DNA of 64,000 bases, taken from positions 410,024 to 474,023 of the forward strand of contig JBEKDT010000001.1 in the NCBI GenBank assembly GCA_050014195.1, written 5' to 3'. A model generated the notes under the pieces. It worked only from the letters and a program-made list of their open reading frames with translations. It searched no databases and was not told where the DNA came from. Positions 9,633 through 21,166 of the stretch are shown one piece after another. Made by a program: the position numbers and the translations under genes. Every line of letters begins with the position of its first letter. Position 1 is the first letter of the stretch. This DNA comes from Desulfomonilia bacterium (lineage in GTDB: Bacteria; Desulfobacterota; Desulfomonilia; UBA1062).

Positions 9633-11456
9633 TTAGATGGCGAATGCCTCGTCCGGGATCCTCACGCAGCTGATCTCGTCCTTGGTGAGTGTCTCACACT
9701 TGGAAGGGACCAGCGCCGTGATCCTGTTGATGTAGAACTTGGCGCCTTCGATCTTGCCCGTGTAGAACATCTTTTCCTTGTCGATGGGATTGGCTGCAAG
9801 CTTCTCGGCGGCGACGTTTGCCATCCAGATGTGGAACCAGCCGCAGATGGCCTCGGCAAGACAGTTGAGGAAATCACACGCTGCGATGAGCGGGATGAAC
9901 GGGTTTGACCTGATAAGCTGGCTGAACTGCATGGCGGTTCCGGCACATGCATTCAACGCCTTTTCCACGATCTCGGCCTCGGCCTTGAGGTTGTCGTTAG
10001 CCTTGGCCTTGGCAACCTGGGCGGCTGTTTCGCCGAGCATGTTCATGAAGTACAGGCCTTTCTTCATGCCGAGTTTCCTGCCCAAGAGGTCGAGTGCCTG
10101 GATGCCGTTGGTGCCTTCGTAGATGCCGTTGATCCTGTTGTCCCTCATCATCTGCTCGACCGGGTACTCACGGCAGAAGCCGTAGCCGCCGTAGGTCTGG
10201 ACCGCCAGGGAAGTGACCACATCGCCCATATCGGTGCCGTAGGCCTTCACGATGGGGGTATACATCTCGATCATGCCCTGCCACTTGACCTTCTCTTCAT
10301 CCGTAGTGGCAACCTTCAGCCTGTCCATGGCATAGTAGCAGTACAGGGCCAGGATCTTGAGGGCCTCGGTGATGGACTTCATCTTTAAGAGCATCCTGCG
10401 GATGTCCGGGTGCTGGATGATAGGGCACTGCTTTGCATTCGGGTCTTTCATCTGCATGATGTTCACACCCTGCATACGCTCTTTCGCATAGGCAAGGGCA
10501 TGGAGGTATGCGGTGGTCGACAGGGCGACACCCATGGTGCCCACACCCTGGCGTTCTTCGTTCATCATCTGGAACATGATCGGCATGCCCTGGCGCTCCT
10601 CGCCCATGAGGTAGCCGATGCACTTGCCGTTTTCGCCGAAGTTGAGCGTAGCGGTGGCATTGCCGTGGATACCCATTTTGCTCTCGATGCCGCCGCAGTT
10701 CATGTCATTGGGCTTGCCCAATGAACCGTCCGGGTTGATCATGATCTTGGGTACTACAAATATGGAGATGCCCTTGGTACCGGCCGGATCGCCCTCGATC
10801 CTTGCGAGTACCGGGTGAATGATGTTCGGGGTCAGATCATGGTCGCCTGCAGATATGAAGCACTTGGTCCCCGTGATGGAGAATGTTCCATCGGGATTCC
10901 TCTTCGCCGTTGACTTCAGCGCTCCCACGTCGGAGCCTGCACCCGGCTCGGTGAGGCACATGGTTCCGGCCCACTCGCCGCTGAACATCTTCTCAAGGAT
11001 GATATTTCTCAACGGATGCTGGAAGTGATCCTCAATGAGTCTGGCTGCGCCATGGGTAAGACCCGGATACATGAGAAAAGCCTGGTTGCCTGCAAGGAAC
11101 ATCTGTGCACATGCAGCGGCGATCATGGCTGGGAAACCCTGGCCGCCCACCTCGGGGTTGTCGGAAACGCTCATCCAACCGCCCTCGCAGTAGAGCTTGT
11201 ATACCTTATGGTATGATTCGGGGGCATACACCTTGCCATCCTTGAATACTGCCTCAACAGGCTTTCTCTGAACCTCGTCCGGATACGTAGGTGCGATATC
11301 ATTCTCTGTGAATTTTGCCGCCTGTTCGAGAACCATGTTCACCATGTCGGCATCGTGGTCTGCAAAAGGACCTTTGCCGAGGATCTCATCGCTAATGCGG
11401 AATACTTCGTGCAATATGAACTTGAGATCCCTCTCGTCTACCCATTGACTTGCCAT
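9633..11456 (-). CDS. Acyl-CoA dehydrogenase family protein (long form with a C-terminal extension)
   Basis: 607 aa with the ACAD middle and C-terminal domains (GTMCLTEPGAGSD...YEGTNGIQALD). Confidence 0.85.
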   Translation of the reverse strand: MASQWVDERDLKFILHEVFRISDEILGKGPFADHDADMVNMVLEQAAKFTENDIAPTYPDEVQRKPVEAVFKDGKVYAPESYHKVYKLYCEGGWMSVSDNPEVGGQGFPAMIAAACAQMFLAGNQAFLMYPGLTHGAARLIEDHFQHPLRNIILEKMFSGEWAGTMCLTEPGAGSDVGALKSTAKRNPDGTFSITGTKCFISAGDHDLTPNIIHPVLARIEGDPAGTKGISIFVVPKIMINPDGSLGKPNDMNCGGIESKMGIHGNATATLNFGENGKCIGYLMGEERQGMPIMFQMMNEERQGVGTMGVALSTTAYLHALAYAKERMQGVNIMQMKDPNAKQCPIIQHPDIRRMLLKMKSITEALKILALYCYYAMDRLKVATTDEEKVKWQGMIEMYTPIVKAYGTDMGDVVTSLAVQTYGGYGFCREYPVEQMMRDNRINGIYEGTNGIQALDLLGRKLGMKKGLYFMNMLGETAAQVAKAKANDNLKAEAEIVEKALNACAGTAMQFSQLIRSNPFIPLIAACDFLNCLAEAICGWFHIWMANVAAEKLAANPIDKEKMFYTGKIEGAKFYINRITALVPSKCETLTKDEISCVRIPDEAFAI

Positions 11457-11663
11457 ATTACCCTCCTTACAAGATTATCTTTGATTGTTTTACCTTCCTG
11501 TCCTGAATGAGCATTCATTCTTATATCCTTTCTATAAATTCATGTCAACATATCTTCTTTTTGGGTAGCGAATAAGTTTGAATAAATGGTTGTCCTAGAT
11601 AATCGTTTATGTCATAATTTCCATGCGGAATTGGTTGAATTGGAATAACAGGAGGACGAGAGA

Positions 11664-12500
11664 ATGAATACATTAAGCGGAACATTCACCACCCAGGACG
11701 GAACCACCCTGTGCTGGAAGGCTTGGCTTCCCAATGGAATCCCCAGGGCAGTAATACATCTTATCCACGGCTATGCCGAGCATATCGAACGCTATGGCAA
11801 TGTAGTGAATGAGCTGGTTCCGGCAGGCTATGCCGTTTTCGGCAACGATCATCGCGGCCATGGCAGGAGCCAGGGTCGCCGGGGCCACGTAAAGAGATTC
11901 CAGGATTTCATCGAGGACGAAAGACAGTTCTATACCCAGGTGATCCGGAAAGAGCTCCCCGACACCCCGTACTTTGTGCTGGGTCATTCCATGGGAAGCC
12001 TCATTGCCATGAACTATGTGGAACAGAACCCAGACGAACTGAAGGGGCTTGTGTTGTCAGGTACAGGATCACAACCGGGTACGGATATCCCAAAAATCCT
12101 CATAACCTTAACGAAGATTCTCTCAAAGATCCTACCGGCCATTCACGTGAAGTCGCCTCTACCTCCGGAGTTCATATCCAGGGACCCGGATGTAGTGAAG
12201 GCGTATGTGGATGATCCCCTGGTCTATAATGTCATAACCCCGAGGCTCGCACACGAGATGAACAGGTATGTGGTTCTGGGGGCGGAAAAAGCCTTCATGA
12301 TCAAAACCCCGGTGCTCATCCAGCTTGGTTCGCAGGACACGGCATTCTCAGGCCAGAAGGAGCTCTATGAGAAGATCGGCGCCAAAGACAAGAGCTTCAA
12401 ACTCTATGACGGCCTCAAACACGAGGTGTATAACGAGCTGCCCAACGATAGGGCCAAGGTGCTCTCCGATCTGCATACATGGCTTGACGCTCACTTATAA
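11664..12500 (+). CDS. Alpha/beta hydrolase (lysophospholipase / monoacylglycerol lipase-like)
   Basis: HGYAEH...GHSMGS nucleophile elbow with Asp and His placed later (GLKHEVY); 278 aa. Confidence 0.8.
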   Translation: MNTLSGTFTTQDGTTLCWKAWLPNGIPRAVIHLIHGYAEHIERYGNVVNELVPAGYAVFGNDHRGHGRSQGRRGHVKRFQDFIEDERQFYTQVIRKELPDTPYFVLGHSMGSLIAMNYVEQNPDELKGLVLSGTGSQPGTDIPKILITLTKILSKILPAIHVKSPLPPEFISRDPDVVKAYVDDPLVYNVITPRLAHEMNRYVVLGAEKAFMIKTPVLIQLGSQDTAFSGQKELYEKIGAKDKSFKLYDGLKHEVYNELPNDRAKVLSDLHTWLDAHL

Positions 12501-12515
12501 AATGGGAAAAGGCCC

Positions 12516-12648
12516 TCACCGTCCGTGACGGAAAGGGGCCTTAGGCTCATCATCGCTACCATGAGTTGTTCATGTAAGGATACCCTGTAGGAGCGGCTTT
12601 AGCCGCGAGGGTGATACCATCAGTCGCGACTGAAGTCGCTCCTACAAG
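12516..12648. repeat. Nested palindromes in a convergent intergenic region (REP-like or terminator-like)
   Basis: A CCGTC-CGT-GACGG hairpin sits inside AGGCCCT/AGGGGCCT at 12516-12546. An outer inverted repeat CTGTAGGAGCG(12585-12595)/CGCTCCTACA(12637-12646) encloses two inner hairpins, GCGGCT-tta-AGCCGC and GCGAC-tgaa-GTCGC. There are no clear T-tracts. Confidence 0.4.
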
Positions 12649-12690
12649 ACATTACCCTCACTCACAGATCAGTGTATTATATTAATAGTA

Positions 12691-14139
12691 TTAATATCTG
12701 TAATGCTCCGGCTTGAACGGCCCGCCGACACTCACTCCGATATAATCCGCCTGCTCCTTGGTGAGCCTGGTGAGCTTCACCCCAAGCTTGCCGAGGTGCA
12801 GCCTGGCTACTTCCTCGTCGAGGATCTTCGGCAGCGTCTTCACGCTGATCTCTCTTAAGTTCGCCCACAGGTCCATCTGGGCGAGCACCTGGTTGGTGAA
12901 CGAGTTGGACATGACGAACGAAGGATGACCTGTTGCGCAACCAAGGTTCACAAGCCTTCCTTCTGCGAGCAGATAGATGCAATGGCCGTCGGGGAAGGTG
13001 AACTTGTCAACCTGGGGCTTGATGTTAAGCCTCTTGATGCCCGGGAATTTCTCAAGCTTATCCACCTCTATCTCATCATCGAAATGCCCGATGTTGCATA
13101 CGATGGCCTGGTCAAGCATCTTTTGCATGTGCTCTATCCGGATGATCTTGCAGTTCCCCGTCGCGGTAACAAAGATGTTGGCCTCACGGAGCGCATCTTC
13201 GACCGTTACGACCTCAAAGCCCTCCATTGCGGCCTGCAGAGCGCAAATGGGGTCGATCTCGGTGACCAGCACCCGCGCGCCGAATCCGCGCATGGACTGG
13301 GCGCATCCCTTACCTACATCCCCATATCCGCATACGCACACCACCTTGCCAGCCACCATGACGTCGGTGGCGCGCTTGATGCCGTCGGCCAGCGATTCAC
13401 GGCATCCGTAGAGGTTGTCGAACTTGCTCTTGGTAACGGAGTCATTCACATTGATGGCAGGGAAAAGGAGTGTGCCGTTTTCCAGCATCTGATAGAGCCG
13501 GTGCACCCCGGTGGTGGTCTCCTCGGATACGCCCTTGATCTCGTTGACCACCCGGTGCCAGAAGCTCGGGTCATCCTTGAGTCTGCGTTTGAGCACCATA
13601 TTGATGATGGCGAGCTCTTTGTTATCCGTCTTCGCATCCAGGGTGGACGGGTCTTCCTCTGCACGGTAGCCCCTGTGCACCATGAGTGTGGCATCTCCGC
13701 CATCATCGACAATGAGGTTGGGTCCCTTGCCGCCAGGAAAGGTGAGGGCTTCCAGTGTGCATGCCCAGTAATCTTCAAGGCTCTCGCCCTTCCATGCGTA
13801 TACCGGTATCCCGCTTGCGGCTATGGCTGCTGCGGCATGGTCCTGGGTGGAGAAGATATTGCATGAAGCCCACCTGACATCCGCGCCCAGGGCCTTTAAG
13901 GTCTCGATGAGTACTGCAGTCTGGATGGTCATGTGCAGGGAGCCCGATATCCGTGACCCCTTCAGCGGCTGCTTCGGGATATATTTTTCCCTTACTGCCA
14001 TCAGGCCGGGCATTTCATGCTCGGATACGGTGATCTCCTTCCTGCCGAAGTCTGCCTGGGCAATATCCGCCACTTTATACTTGAGGCTGGAAAAATCAGG
14101 CAGCCCATTCGCGTCCAGCTTTTTCACCTTTTCAGCCAT
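12691..14139 (-). CDS. ahcY: Adenosylhomocysteinase
   Basis: 482 aa with an NAD-binding [10 protein letters not shown] motif and a conserved C-terminal region ([17 protein letters not shown]). Confidence 0.95.
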   Translation of the reverse strand: MAEKVKKLDANGLPDFSSLKYKVADIAQADFGRKEITVSEHEMPGLMAVREKYIPKQPLKGSRISGSLHMTIQTAVLIETLKALGADVRWASCNIFSTQDHAAAAIAASGIPVYAWKGESLEDYWACTLEALTFPGGKGPNLIVDDGGDATLMVHRGYRAEEDPSTLDAKTDNKELAIINMVLKRRLKDDPSFWHRVVNEIKGVSEETTTGVHRLYQMLENGTLLFPAINVNDSVTKSKFDNLYGCRESLADGIKRATDVMVAGKVVCVCGYGDVGKGCAQSMRGFGARVLVTEIDPICALQAAMEGFEVVTVEDALREANIFVTATGNCKIIRIEHMQKMLDQAIVCNIGHFDDEIEVDKLEKFPGIKRLNIKPQVDKFTFPDGHCIYLLAEGRLVNLGCATGHPSFVMSNSFTNQVLAQMDLWANLREISVKTLPKILDEEVARLHLGKLGVKLTRLTKEQADYIGVSVGGPFKPEHYRY

Positions 14140-15308
14140 TATTTACCTGCCTTGTCTTTTAAAATAGCCACCTTATCGGTCTTTTCCCAGGTGAACTCCG
14201 GCTCGTTCCTGCCGAAGTGCCCATAGGCAGCGGTCTTCTTGTAGATGGGCCGCAGCAGATCGAGATGGTCAATGATGCCCTTGGGTTTCATCGGGAAGAC
14301 ATCCCTGACAAGCTTGCTCAGCTTATCGTCCGAGATCTTGCCTGTGCCTGCAGTGTCGATCATAACGGAAACCGGCTCGGCCACACCGATGGCATAGGCG
14401 AGCTGCACTACACACCGTTTCGCAAGACCTGCTGCAACAATGTTCTTGGCTATGTAGCGGGACATATATGCAGCGGAGCGATCGACCTTCGAGGGGTCTT
14501 TGCCGGAAAACGCGCCGCCTCCGTGGCTGGCAAAACCGCCGTAGGTATCCACGATGATCTTGCGTCCTGTGAGCCCAGTGTCGGCATGCGGGCCGCCCAG
14601 GACAAACCGCCCTGTGGCATTGATATAATATTTCGTGTCCTTGTCCAGCAGAGAAGCAGGAATCTGTTTCTTGATGACCTCTTCCATGATGCCGTCGCGG
14701 ACTGCCTCATAGCTCGCATCTTCGTCGTGCTGTGCGGCAATGACGACACTAGTAACCCTTTTAGGTTTTCCATTCTCATACTGCACCGTCACCTGGGATT
14801 TGCCGTCGGGTCTTAAGAATTCCAGGATCCCGTTTTTCCTGGTATCGGCAAGTCCTTTGGTCAGCAGATGGGCATAGTGTATGGGGGCGGGCATAAGCAT
14901 GTCCGTATCATCGCAGGCAAAACCGAACATCATACCCTGGTCTCCTGCGCCCTGCTCCTTGAAGAGGCCCTCGCCCTCCTGGACGCCCTGATTGATGTCC
15001 GGGGACTGCTTGTCAAGGGTCACGAGCACGCCGCAGGTGTTCCAGCTGAAGCCCATGACGGCCTCCGTATAGCCGATCTCTTTAACGGTTTGGCGTGCAA
15101 CACGCTGCACATCCAGATGGTGGGTCGTGGTTATCTCGCCGGATACGATAATCAGTCCTGTGGTAACCAGGGTTTCGCATGCAACATGTGCATTTTTGTC
15201 ATTGGCAATGATCTCATCTAAGATGGCATCGGAGATATTGTCCGCTACCTTGTCGGGATGCCCTTCCGTAACTGACTCGGATGAGAATAAGAAATTTCTG
15301 TCACCCAT
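14139..15308 (-). CDS. metK: S-adenosylmethionine synthetase
   Basis: [25 protein letters not shown]-terminal signature and the [19 protein letters not shown] motif; 389 aa. It abuts ahcY. Confidence 0.95.
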   Translation of the reverse strand: MGDRNFLFSSESVTEGHPDKVADNISDAILDEIIANDKNAHVACETLVTTGLIIVSGEITTTHHLDVQRVARQTVKEIGYTEAVMGFSWNTCGVLVTLDKQSPDINQGVQEGEGLFKEQGAGDQGMMFGFACDDTDMLMPAPIHYAHLLTKGLADTRKNGILEFLRPDGKSQVTVQYENGKPKRVTSVVIAAQHDEDASYEAVRDGIMEEVIKKQIPASLLDKDTKYYINATGRFVLGGPHADTGLTGRKIIVDTYGGFASHGGGAFSGKDPSKVDRSAAYMSRYIAKNIVAAGLAKRCVVQLAYAIGVAEPVSVMIDTAGTGKISDDKLSKLVRDVFPMKPKGIIDHLDLLRPIYKKTAAYGHFGRNEPEFTWEKTDKVAILKDKAGK

Positions 15309-15415
15309 TCAATAATCCTCCTGTTTCATGAGTATTCTTATATTTGTTTGAAGACCTGGTGCGATATGTTATCCGCAAAACTTTTAAGTTTAAGGCAAAA
15401 TCCTTTGGGATCATG

Positions 15416-16810
15416 CTAGACCTTTCTCTTGAGTCCGAGGTATTCGGCAATCTCGGGGGCGCTTCCCTTAAGTGTCACCGGTGTATTTTTCAGTTCCTCT
15501 TTTGTGGAGATGCCGTATTCAGGGTCAAAGGCATCATCAAAATACAGCTGCTGGAACGAGGCAAACTTGAGCTGGTGGGAAGTGGAATCCACCACGAACC
15601 GTCCTGTAGCCGGGATCAGCTTTTCATGCAGTGCCTTCTTGAGGCCTGCAACAGACTCCCCACCCTGGGTGCAGACCACGTGACCGTGCCTGTTGGCCGT
15701 CAACATGCCTTCCATGATCTCATTCTCGGTGACCGAGATGACATAAAACCTGTCGTTAAAATGCTTCTCAACGAGCTGAGAGACCTTGGGGAAAGACACC
15801 GGGTCCCCGATCATGGCGGCCTGGGCCACCGATGGGGTTACCTTCAAGGGGACAAACCGGCCGGTTGTCCGCCAGCGGGCTATAGGGTCGGCATGATTGC
15901 TCTGAACACCAAGGATTTGAGGCAGCTCGGATATGATGCCGAGTTCATGAAGGTCTACAAACCCCTCCATGACGGCGGTGATGTTGCCTGCGTTCCCTAT
16001 GGGGACAACCACGGTGAGGCCCGCCGTATCCCATCCCAGTTGTTGGGCTATCTCATAGGCATAGGTCTTCTGCCCCAGAATCCGAACCGGATTCTTCGAG
16101 TTCAGAAGGAATACATGATAATCCCGCGCCAGCTCCTCCACCACACGCATGCAGTCGTCGAACACACCGGGCATCTCGATGACCTGTGCGCCGGAGCCGA
16201 GCGGTTGGGATAACTGTTGAGCAGTTACCTTGCCCTTGGGCAGGAGGACCACGGCCCTGACCTTGGATTTTGGGAGATAGCTCAAATAAAGAGCGGCAGC
16301 GGCCGAGGTGTCGCCCGTGGAGGCGCAGATGCCGAGGACGCTACTTAAGTTTTTAACCCTGATGATGTGATTAAGAAAGGATATCGCCGATGCCATGCCC
16401 CGGTCCTTGAAGCTGGCGGAAGGGTTCAACCCGTCGTTCTTTACGAAAAACGATGCACCCACCCACGTGCTTAATTCAGGGTTTGCCCTGACCATAGGCG
16501 TTTGACCTTCACCCAGGTAGATAACGTCTTGAAGCGGTATGATGGGCAAAATCAGCTCATGGAAACGGAAGATGCCCTGGATCTCCAGGACATTACTGTT
16601 CCTACGGGCATCAAAGATATTCTTCCAAGTTCCGGGCGGTGTGGCCTTCAGTTCGTCGAAGGCCGTGTTCTCAATCCTCAAAAGAGACTTGCAGGTCGGG
16701 CATGTGTAGATGAATTCGTAGATATCATAGCGCTGTCCGCATCCGATGCATGCATAAACCAGGTTCCCTCTTTTCTTAGGCATGTATGGTTCGGACTTTT
16801 CCGGCATCAC
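15416..16810 (-). CDS. thrC: Threonine synthase with an N-terminal Cys4 zinc-ribbon
   Basis: The PLP lysine motif SFKDRG is present, and the overall family is the long threonine synthase type. The N-terminus carries CIGCG...CPTCK. The start is uncertain. Confidence 0.85.
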   Translation of the reverse strand: MMPEKSEPYMPKKRGNLVYACIGCGQRYDIYEFIYTCPTCKSLLRIENTAFDELKATPPGTWKNIFDARRNSNVLEIQGIFRFHELILPIIPLQDVIYLGEGQTPMVRANPELSTWVGASFFVKNDGLNPSASFKDRGMASAISFLNHIIRVKNLSSVLGICASTGDTSAAAALYLSYLPKSKVRAVVLLPKGKVTAQQLSQPLGSGAQVIEMPGVFDDCMRVVEELARDYHVFLLNSKNPVRILGQKTYAYEIAQQLGWDTAGLTVVVPIGNAGNITAVMEGFVDLHELGIISELPQILGVQSNHADPIARWRTTGRFVPLKVTPSVAQAAMIGDPVSFPKVSQLVEKHFNDRFYVISVTENEIMEGMLTANRHGHVVCTQGGESVAGLKKALHEKLIPATGRFVVDSTSHQLKFASFQQLYFDDAFDPEYGISTKEELKNTPVTLKGSAPEIAEYLGLKRKV

Positions 16811-16914
16811 TTCCCCTTCAACCTATAAAGGCCCCACACTGTATAATAGACTATTGACTTTTTCAATACTTTTTTGGCATCTTAACGGCTTATTTCTTCA
16901 GCCTGGGAGAACAT

Positions 16915-17817
16915 ATGGAAACCTTCACAAATATAGAATTTCCTGCTGTAAAAAAGTTGGGGAGCGGCAAGGTCAGAGAGATATTTGATGCCGGCTCCGA
17001 GCATCTTCTTATTGTCACTACCGATCGCATCTCAGCCTTTGATGTGATCCTGCCCGATCCAATCCCTTCCAAAGGCTGTGTCTTAAACCTACTCTCCCTG
17101 TTTTGGTTTGAAAAAGGATCATCCATCATCAAGAATCATGTGGTAACTTCAGCCGTGAACGCCTACACGGAGCCATTTAAGGGAGACAGCCGCCTAGCCG
17201 GGAGGTCCATGCTGGTAAAAAAAACCAACCCTCTGCCCGTGGAGTGTATTGTAAGAGGGTACATCTCGGGCTCGGGCTGGAAAGAATACCTTAAACTCGG
17301 CTCCGTCTCCGGGGTGAAGCTCCCTACCGGACTAAGGGAATCAGACCGCCTTCCTGAACCTATATTTACTCCCTCCACCAAGGCACAGATCGGGCATCAC
17401 GACATCAATATCGATATGAAGACCGCAGGAGACCTCGTGGGTCAGTCCCTTATCGAAGAGGTAAAGAGTATCTCACTTTCAATCTACTCCATGGCGGCGG
17501 CCCATGCGCTGGGAAAGGGTATCATCATTGCCGACACGAAATTCGAGTTCGGGCTTTTAGAGGGAGAGCTCATCTGGATCGACGAGGCCCTCACTCCCGA
17601 TTCCTCCAGGTTCTGGCCGCTTGAAGGGTACATGCCGGGAGGGCCGCAGAAGAGCTTTGATAAACAGTTTGTCCGCGACTACCTGGAAACTCTGGATTGG
17701 AACAAGACAGCACCGGGGCCCAATCTGCCGCAGGACATCATTAAGAAGACCTCTGAGAAGTATATTGCCGCCTATGAGCTGCTTACGGGAAGAATATTCG
17801 CACAAGAACGGGCATAG
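16915..17817 (+). CDS. purC: Phosphoribosylaminoimidazole-succinocarboxamide synthase
   Basis: GKVREIF...[14 protein letters not shown] synthetase motifs; 300 aa. Confidence 0.9.
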   Translation: METFTNIEFPAVKKLGSGKVREIFDAGSEHLLIVTTDRISAFDVILPDPIPSKGCVLNLLSLFWFEKGSSIIKNHVVTSAVNAYTEPFKGDSRLAGRSMLVKKTNPLPVECIVRGYISGSGWKEYLKLGSVSGVKLPTGLRESDRLPEPIFTPSTKAQIGHHDINIDMKTAGDLVGQSLIEEVKSISLSIYSMAAAHALGKGIIIADTKFEFGLLEGELIWIDEALTPDSSRFWPLEGYMPGGPQKSFDKQFVRDYLETLDWNKTAPGPNLPQDIIKKTSEKYIAAYELLTGRIFAQERA

Positions 17818-17868
17818 AATCCGCCCCTGCTGCTTTTTTAGAATGGTCTTTCATGATGCAGGAGCTCT

Positions 17869-17908
17869 ATAAAAAAAACCACCACTCAAGAAGGCGGTGG
17901 TTTTTTAG
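17869..17908. terminator. Bidirectional intrinsic terminator between purC (+) and the NUDIX gene (-)
   Basis: AAAAAAAA-CCACC...GGTGG-TTTTTT: a GC stem flanked by an A-tract and a T-tract. Confidence 0.55.
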
Positions 17909-18180
17909 GAACGAGGATGACACTTTCTCAAGATGCAGGGTTCTTTCCGATCTCAATAAGGAGATGCCGGGGGTACCGAATAACAGGTCTGCGCGGCTCT
18001 ATTTTTTATAGTTTCTTCATTTAACCTTATGGTCGGTTAGCCCGCCTAGGGATCGGTTTTTCGAATACCCCAGCTCTTCTCCCTAAGAAATGTATCGGCA
18101 GCGATGTCGATTGCTTAAGCGTATTTCTTGAAAGAAAATTTCATGACGACCAGCGGTTCAATCTGGGTATTCCTCGCCTA

Positions 18181-18885
18181 TCATCTCAGGTTTTTATGGC
18201 CCCCCTGTGCAGACAAGAGATTGTTCACCCAGCTCCGGGCGGAGTCTGATACCGCACCGAAAGGTATCGGGGACCCGACGATCAGATCCACAAGATGCTT
18301 CAGCATGCGTGCCGTGGCACCCCAGACTACGCCCCCCTCGATCTCAAGGAAATAGATGTTGACGCCCCTGCCCCGGAAATGAGACCGCTCAGCCATCCAG
18401 GCCGAATCACTCAGCGCCTTTCTCAAGGGGACCAGCAGCAGGATCTCGGACTCGCTGTTGATCTTAAAGTCGTACGGATAAGGGATGGCACCCACCACCG
18501 GCGTGATGTGATATCCCACAATGGATATATGGTCATCCAGTAGGCCCAGGACTTCCACGTCATCCCGGCAGAGCCCGATCTCCTCGTGGGCCTCCCGCAG
18601 AGCCGTCTCCACCAGGCCCTTATCGCCGGTCTCCACCCCTCCGCCCGGGAAGCAGATCTCTCCCTTGTGGTGCTCAACGTCCATGGACCGCATGGTGACA
18701 ATCACCTGGGGATCACCGTCACTCCAGCACAGGGGGAGCAGGACGGCAGATTCCCGGAGGTCCTCCCGGGGGATGATCCTCCTCTTGTGGGCGGCCAGCA
18801 GGGTACGGATATAATCCTTCAAGGCCTGCTCACTACCAAGAAGCTCATGGATTCTGGAACCTTGCATGGATGCTTCTATTACCAC
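18181..18885 (-). CDS. NUDIX hydrolase (CoA pyrophosphatase-like)
   Basis: Nudix box GEICFPGGGVETGD...REAHEEIGL; 234 aa. The start may be internal (MQGSRI). Confidence 0.75.
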   Translation of the reverse strand: MVIEASMQGSRIHELLGSEQALKDYIRTLLAAHKRRIIPREDLRESAVLLPLCWSDGDPQVIVTMRSMDVEHHKGEICFPGGGVETGDKGLVETALREAHEEIGLCRDDVEVLGLLDDHISIVGYHITPVVGAIPYPYDFKINSESEILLLVPLRKALSDSAWMAERSHFRGRGVNIYFLEIEGGVVWGATARMLKHLVDLIVGSPIPFGAVSDSARSWVNNLLSAQGGHKNLR

Positions 18886-18923
18886 AAAGAGCTTGCCATG
18901 AACAGGCTTGACCGCATGAGGTC

Positions 18924-19532
18924 TTGCTGTATATTATACCACTCATGAGAAGCAAAGGTGCAATCAAGAACTACATCGTCCTCATCAGAGATCTGGTGAG
19001 TGATGTGGAACTCCTCCTGGATGACGACATTGAGCACGATTCTTCGCACAGGTGGAAGGAGCATGCAACACTCATCCTGGGTAAGATCCTCGGCAAGGAT
19101 CACACCTATGTCAAACAATTCGCTGGGATAGAGTTCTGCACCCCTTTCTTCGACGACTTTGATGAGTTTATGGAGGAGGATACCTTCCGGCTCGCCCTGG
19201 AGGATGCCAGATCATTCCTCATCTCTCTCATCGACGAGCTTGAGAGCGAACACAACTGTACACCCGGCCTCATGGACATGGAGAGCCTGTTCGCCGAGAT
19301 GAACCGTTATGTCCTCGCCCGAGTGGGAGACCCGGGTATGCGCAGCAGCCTCCACAACCGGATCACAAGGCTGAGAAACGGCATGATGTCAGGCGAGATC
19401 TCAGGTGATGAGGTGCGCTACCACATGGAGCACATCGGCTGCCTTGATTCCGGGCTCTACGAGCGCATAGTCCCGCTCCTGACATGGTATTATATTCAGG
19501 GGGCGGGGTTTAAAGGGGCACACAACAACTAA
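18924..19532 (+). CDS. Hypothetical protein
   Basis: 202-aa ORF of coding-like composition between the NUDIX gene and purH. No motif was recognised. Confidence 0.4.
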   Translation: MLYIIPLMRSKGAIKNYIVLIRDLVSDVELLLDDDIEHDSSHRWKEHATLILGKILGKDHTYVKQFAGIEFCTPFFDDFDEFMEEDTFRLALEDARSFLISLIDELESEHNCTPGLMDMESLFAEMNRYVLARVGDPGMRSSLHNRITRLRNGMMSGEISGDEVRYHMEHIGCLDSGLYERIVPLLTWYYIQGAGFKGAHNN

Positions 19533-19584
19533 CCCATATCACACCTCCCTTATACATTCATTATTCCTAAGGAAAGGAGTTTAC

Positions 19585-21156
19585 ATGCCGAAGATCACAA
19601 GGGCCCTTGTGAGCGTTACTGATAAAAAAGACATTACGGAATTCATCAAAGAGCTCGCTTCATTCGGGGTGGAGATCATCTCAACGGGCGGCACCGCCAA
19701 GGCACTGAAGGATAACGGCATTAAGGTGGTGGACATCTCCGAGTATACAGGCTTCCCCGAGATGATGGACGGCAGGCTCAAGACCCTGCACCCCCTGGTA
19801 CACGGCGGGATGCTTGCCGTGCGTGACAATCCCGAGCACGTCGAGGCCATGAAAAAGCATGGCATCAAGCCCATTGATATGCTCGTAGTAAATCTCTACC
19901 GGTTTGAAGAGACCATTGCCAAGGGTGCATCTCTTAAAGAGGCCATCGAGAATATCGACATCGGCGGCCCCGCCATGGTAAGGGCCGCATCCAAGAACTA
20001 CAAGTACGTGTCCGTGGTGACCGATACTTCCCAGTATCCCAAGATTATTGATGAGATGAAGCAGACCGGCGGCACGGTGAGTGAAAAGACCAACTTCGAG
20101 CTTGCCCGGGATGCATTCTCTCTCACCGCGCGCTATGATGCCGCCATATCCAACTACCTCCAGGGTATCGATGTGGAGGAGGGGCAGTTCCCTCTCACGT
20201 ATACGGTCCAGTACAAGCGCTCCCAGATCATGCGATATGGCGAGAACCCACACCAGAAGGCTGCATTCTACAGCGAACCCAACATAGACCAGCCCGCAAT
20301 ATCAAGCGCCGAGAAGCTCTGGGGCAAGGAGCTCTCGTACAATAATATCATGGATTCCGATGCGGCCCTTGACCTCATCATGGAGTTCGACAAGCCCGCA
20401 TGCGTGATACTCAAGCATTCCAACCCCTGCGGGGCAGCCCAATCTACAAGCTCTTTGGCCGAGGCATACCGCAAGGCCCTGGCCGTTGATACTACGAGCG
20501 CCTTCGGCGGCATCGTGGGCCTGAACCGGGTCGTGGATGCCGAGACGGCCAGGGCTATCGGCGAGATCTTTACCGAGGTGGTTGTGGCGCCCGATTACAC
20601 CCCAGAGGCCTTGGCCATCCTCGAGGAGAAGAAGAATGTACGCCTCCTGAAGGTTCCGGGAATTGCCCAGGGTATCAAGGCAAAGAAGCAGATGCTCTCT
20701 TCACGCAGGGTCACCGGCGGCCTGCTCCTCCAGGAACGCGATCTGGGCGACATCGACCTTACAAAGGCCCAGGTGGTTACCAGGCGCAAGCCCACCAGTG
20801 AGGAAATGGAGGCGTTGAAGTTTGCATGGAGGATCGTTAAATATGTCAAGTCCAACGCGGTCATTTATGCAACAAAGGACCAGCTCATCGGTGTGGGTGC
20901 AGGCCAGATGAGCAGGGTGGACTCCTCGAAACTGGCTATCATCAAGGCTGCCAATGCAGGGCTTTCCACCAAGGGTACGGTAGTGGCATCGGATGCCTTC
21001 TTTCCCTTCAGGGACGGTATCGACGAGGCCGCCAAGGCAGGCGCAACGGCCGTGGTGCAACCGGGCGGTTCGGTGCGGGACGCGGAGGTCATCCAGGCAG
21101 CCGATGAGCATGACATGGCCATGATCTTTACCGGCATGCGTCATTTCAGGCACTAG
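19585..21156 (+). CDS. purH: Bifunctional AICAR transformylase / IMP cyclohydrolase
   Basis: [14 protein letters not shown]...[11 protein letters not shown]-like N-terminal domain and an AICARFT C-terminal domain; 523 aa. Confidence 0.95.
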   Translation: MPKITRALVSVTDKKDITEFIKELASFGVEIISTGGTAKALKDNGIKVVDISEYTGFPEMMDGRLKTLHPLVHGGMLAVRDNPEHVEAMKKHGIKPIDMLVVNLYRFEETIAKGASLKEAIENIDIGGPAMVRAASKNYKYVSVVTDTSQYPKIIDEMKQTGGTVSEKTNFELARDAFSLTARYDAAISNYLQGIDVEEGQFPLTYTVQYKRSQIMRYGENPHQKAAFYSEPNIDQPAISSAEKLWGKELSYNNIMDSDAALDLIMEFDKPACVILKHSNPCGAAQSTSSLAEAYRKALAVDTTSAFGGIVGLNRVVDAETARAIGEIFTEVVVAPDYTPEALAILEEKKNVRLLKVPGIAQGIKAKKQMLSSRRVTGGLLLQERDLGDIDLTKAQVVTRRKPTSEEMEALKFAWRIVKYVKSNAVIYATKDQLIGVGAGQMSRVDSSKLAIIKAANAGLSTKGTVVASDAFFPFRDGIDEAAKAGATAVVQPGGSVRDAEVIQAADEHDMAMIFTGMRHFRH

Positions 21157-21166
21157 GAGGTATTTC

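Noticed and set aside
12925-13866. 313-aa plus-strand ORF
   Set aside because: It is antisense to the adenosylhomocysteinase gene and is a typical GC-rich shadow ORF.
15309-15415. SAM riboswitch upstream of metK
   Set aside because: The leader is only about 107 nt and lacks SAM-I, SAM-II or SAM-SAH conserved motifs.
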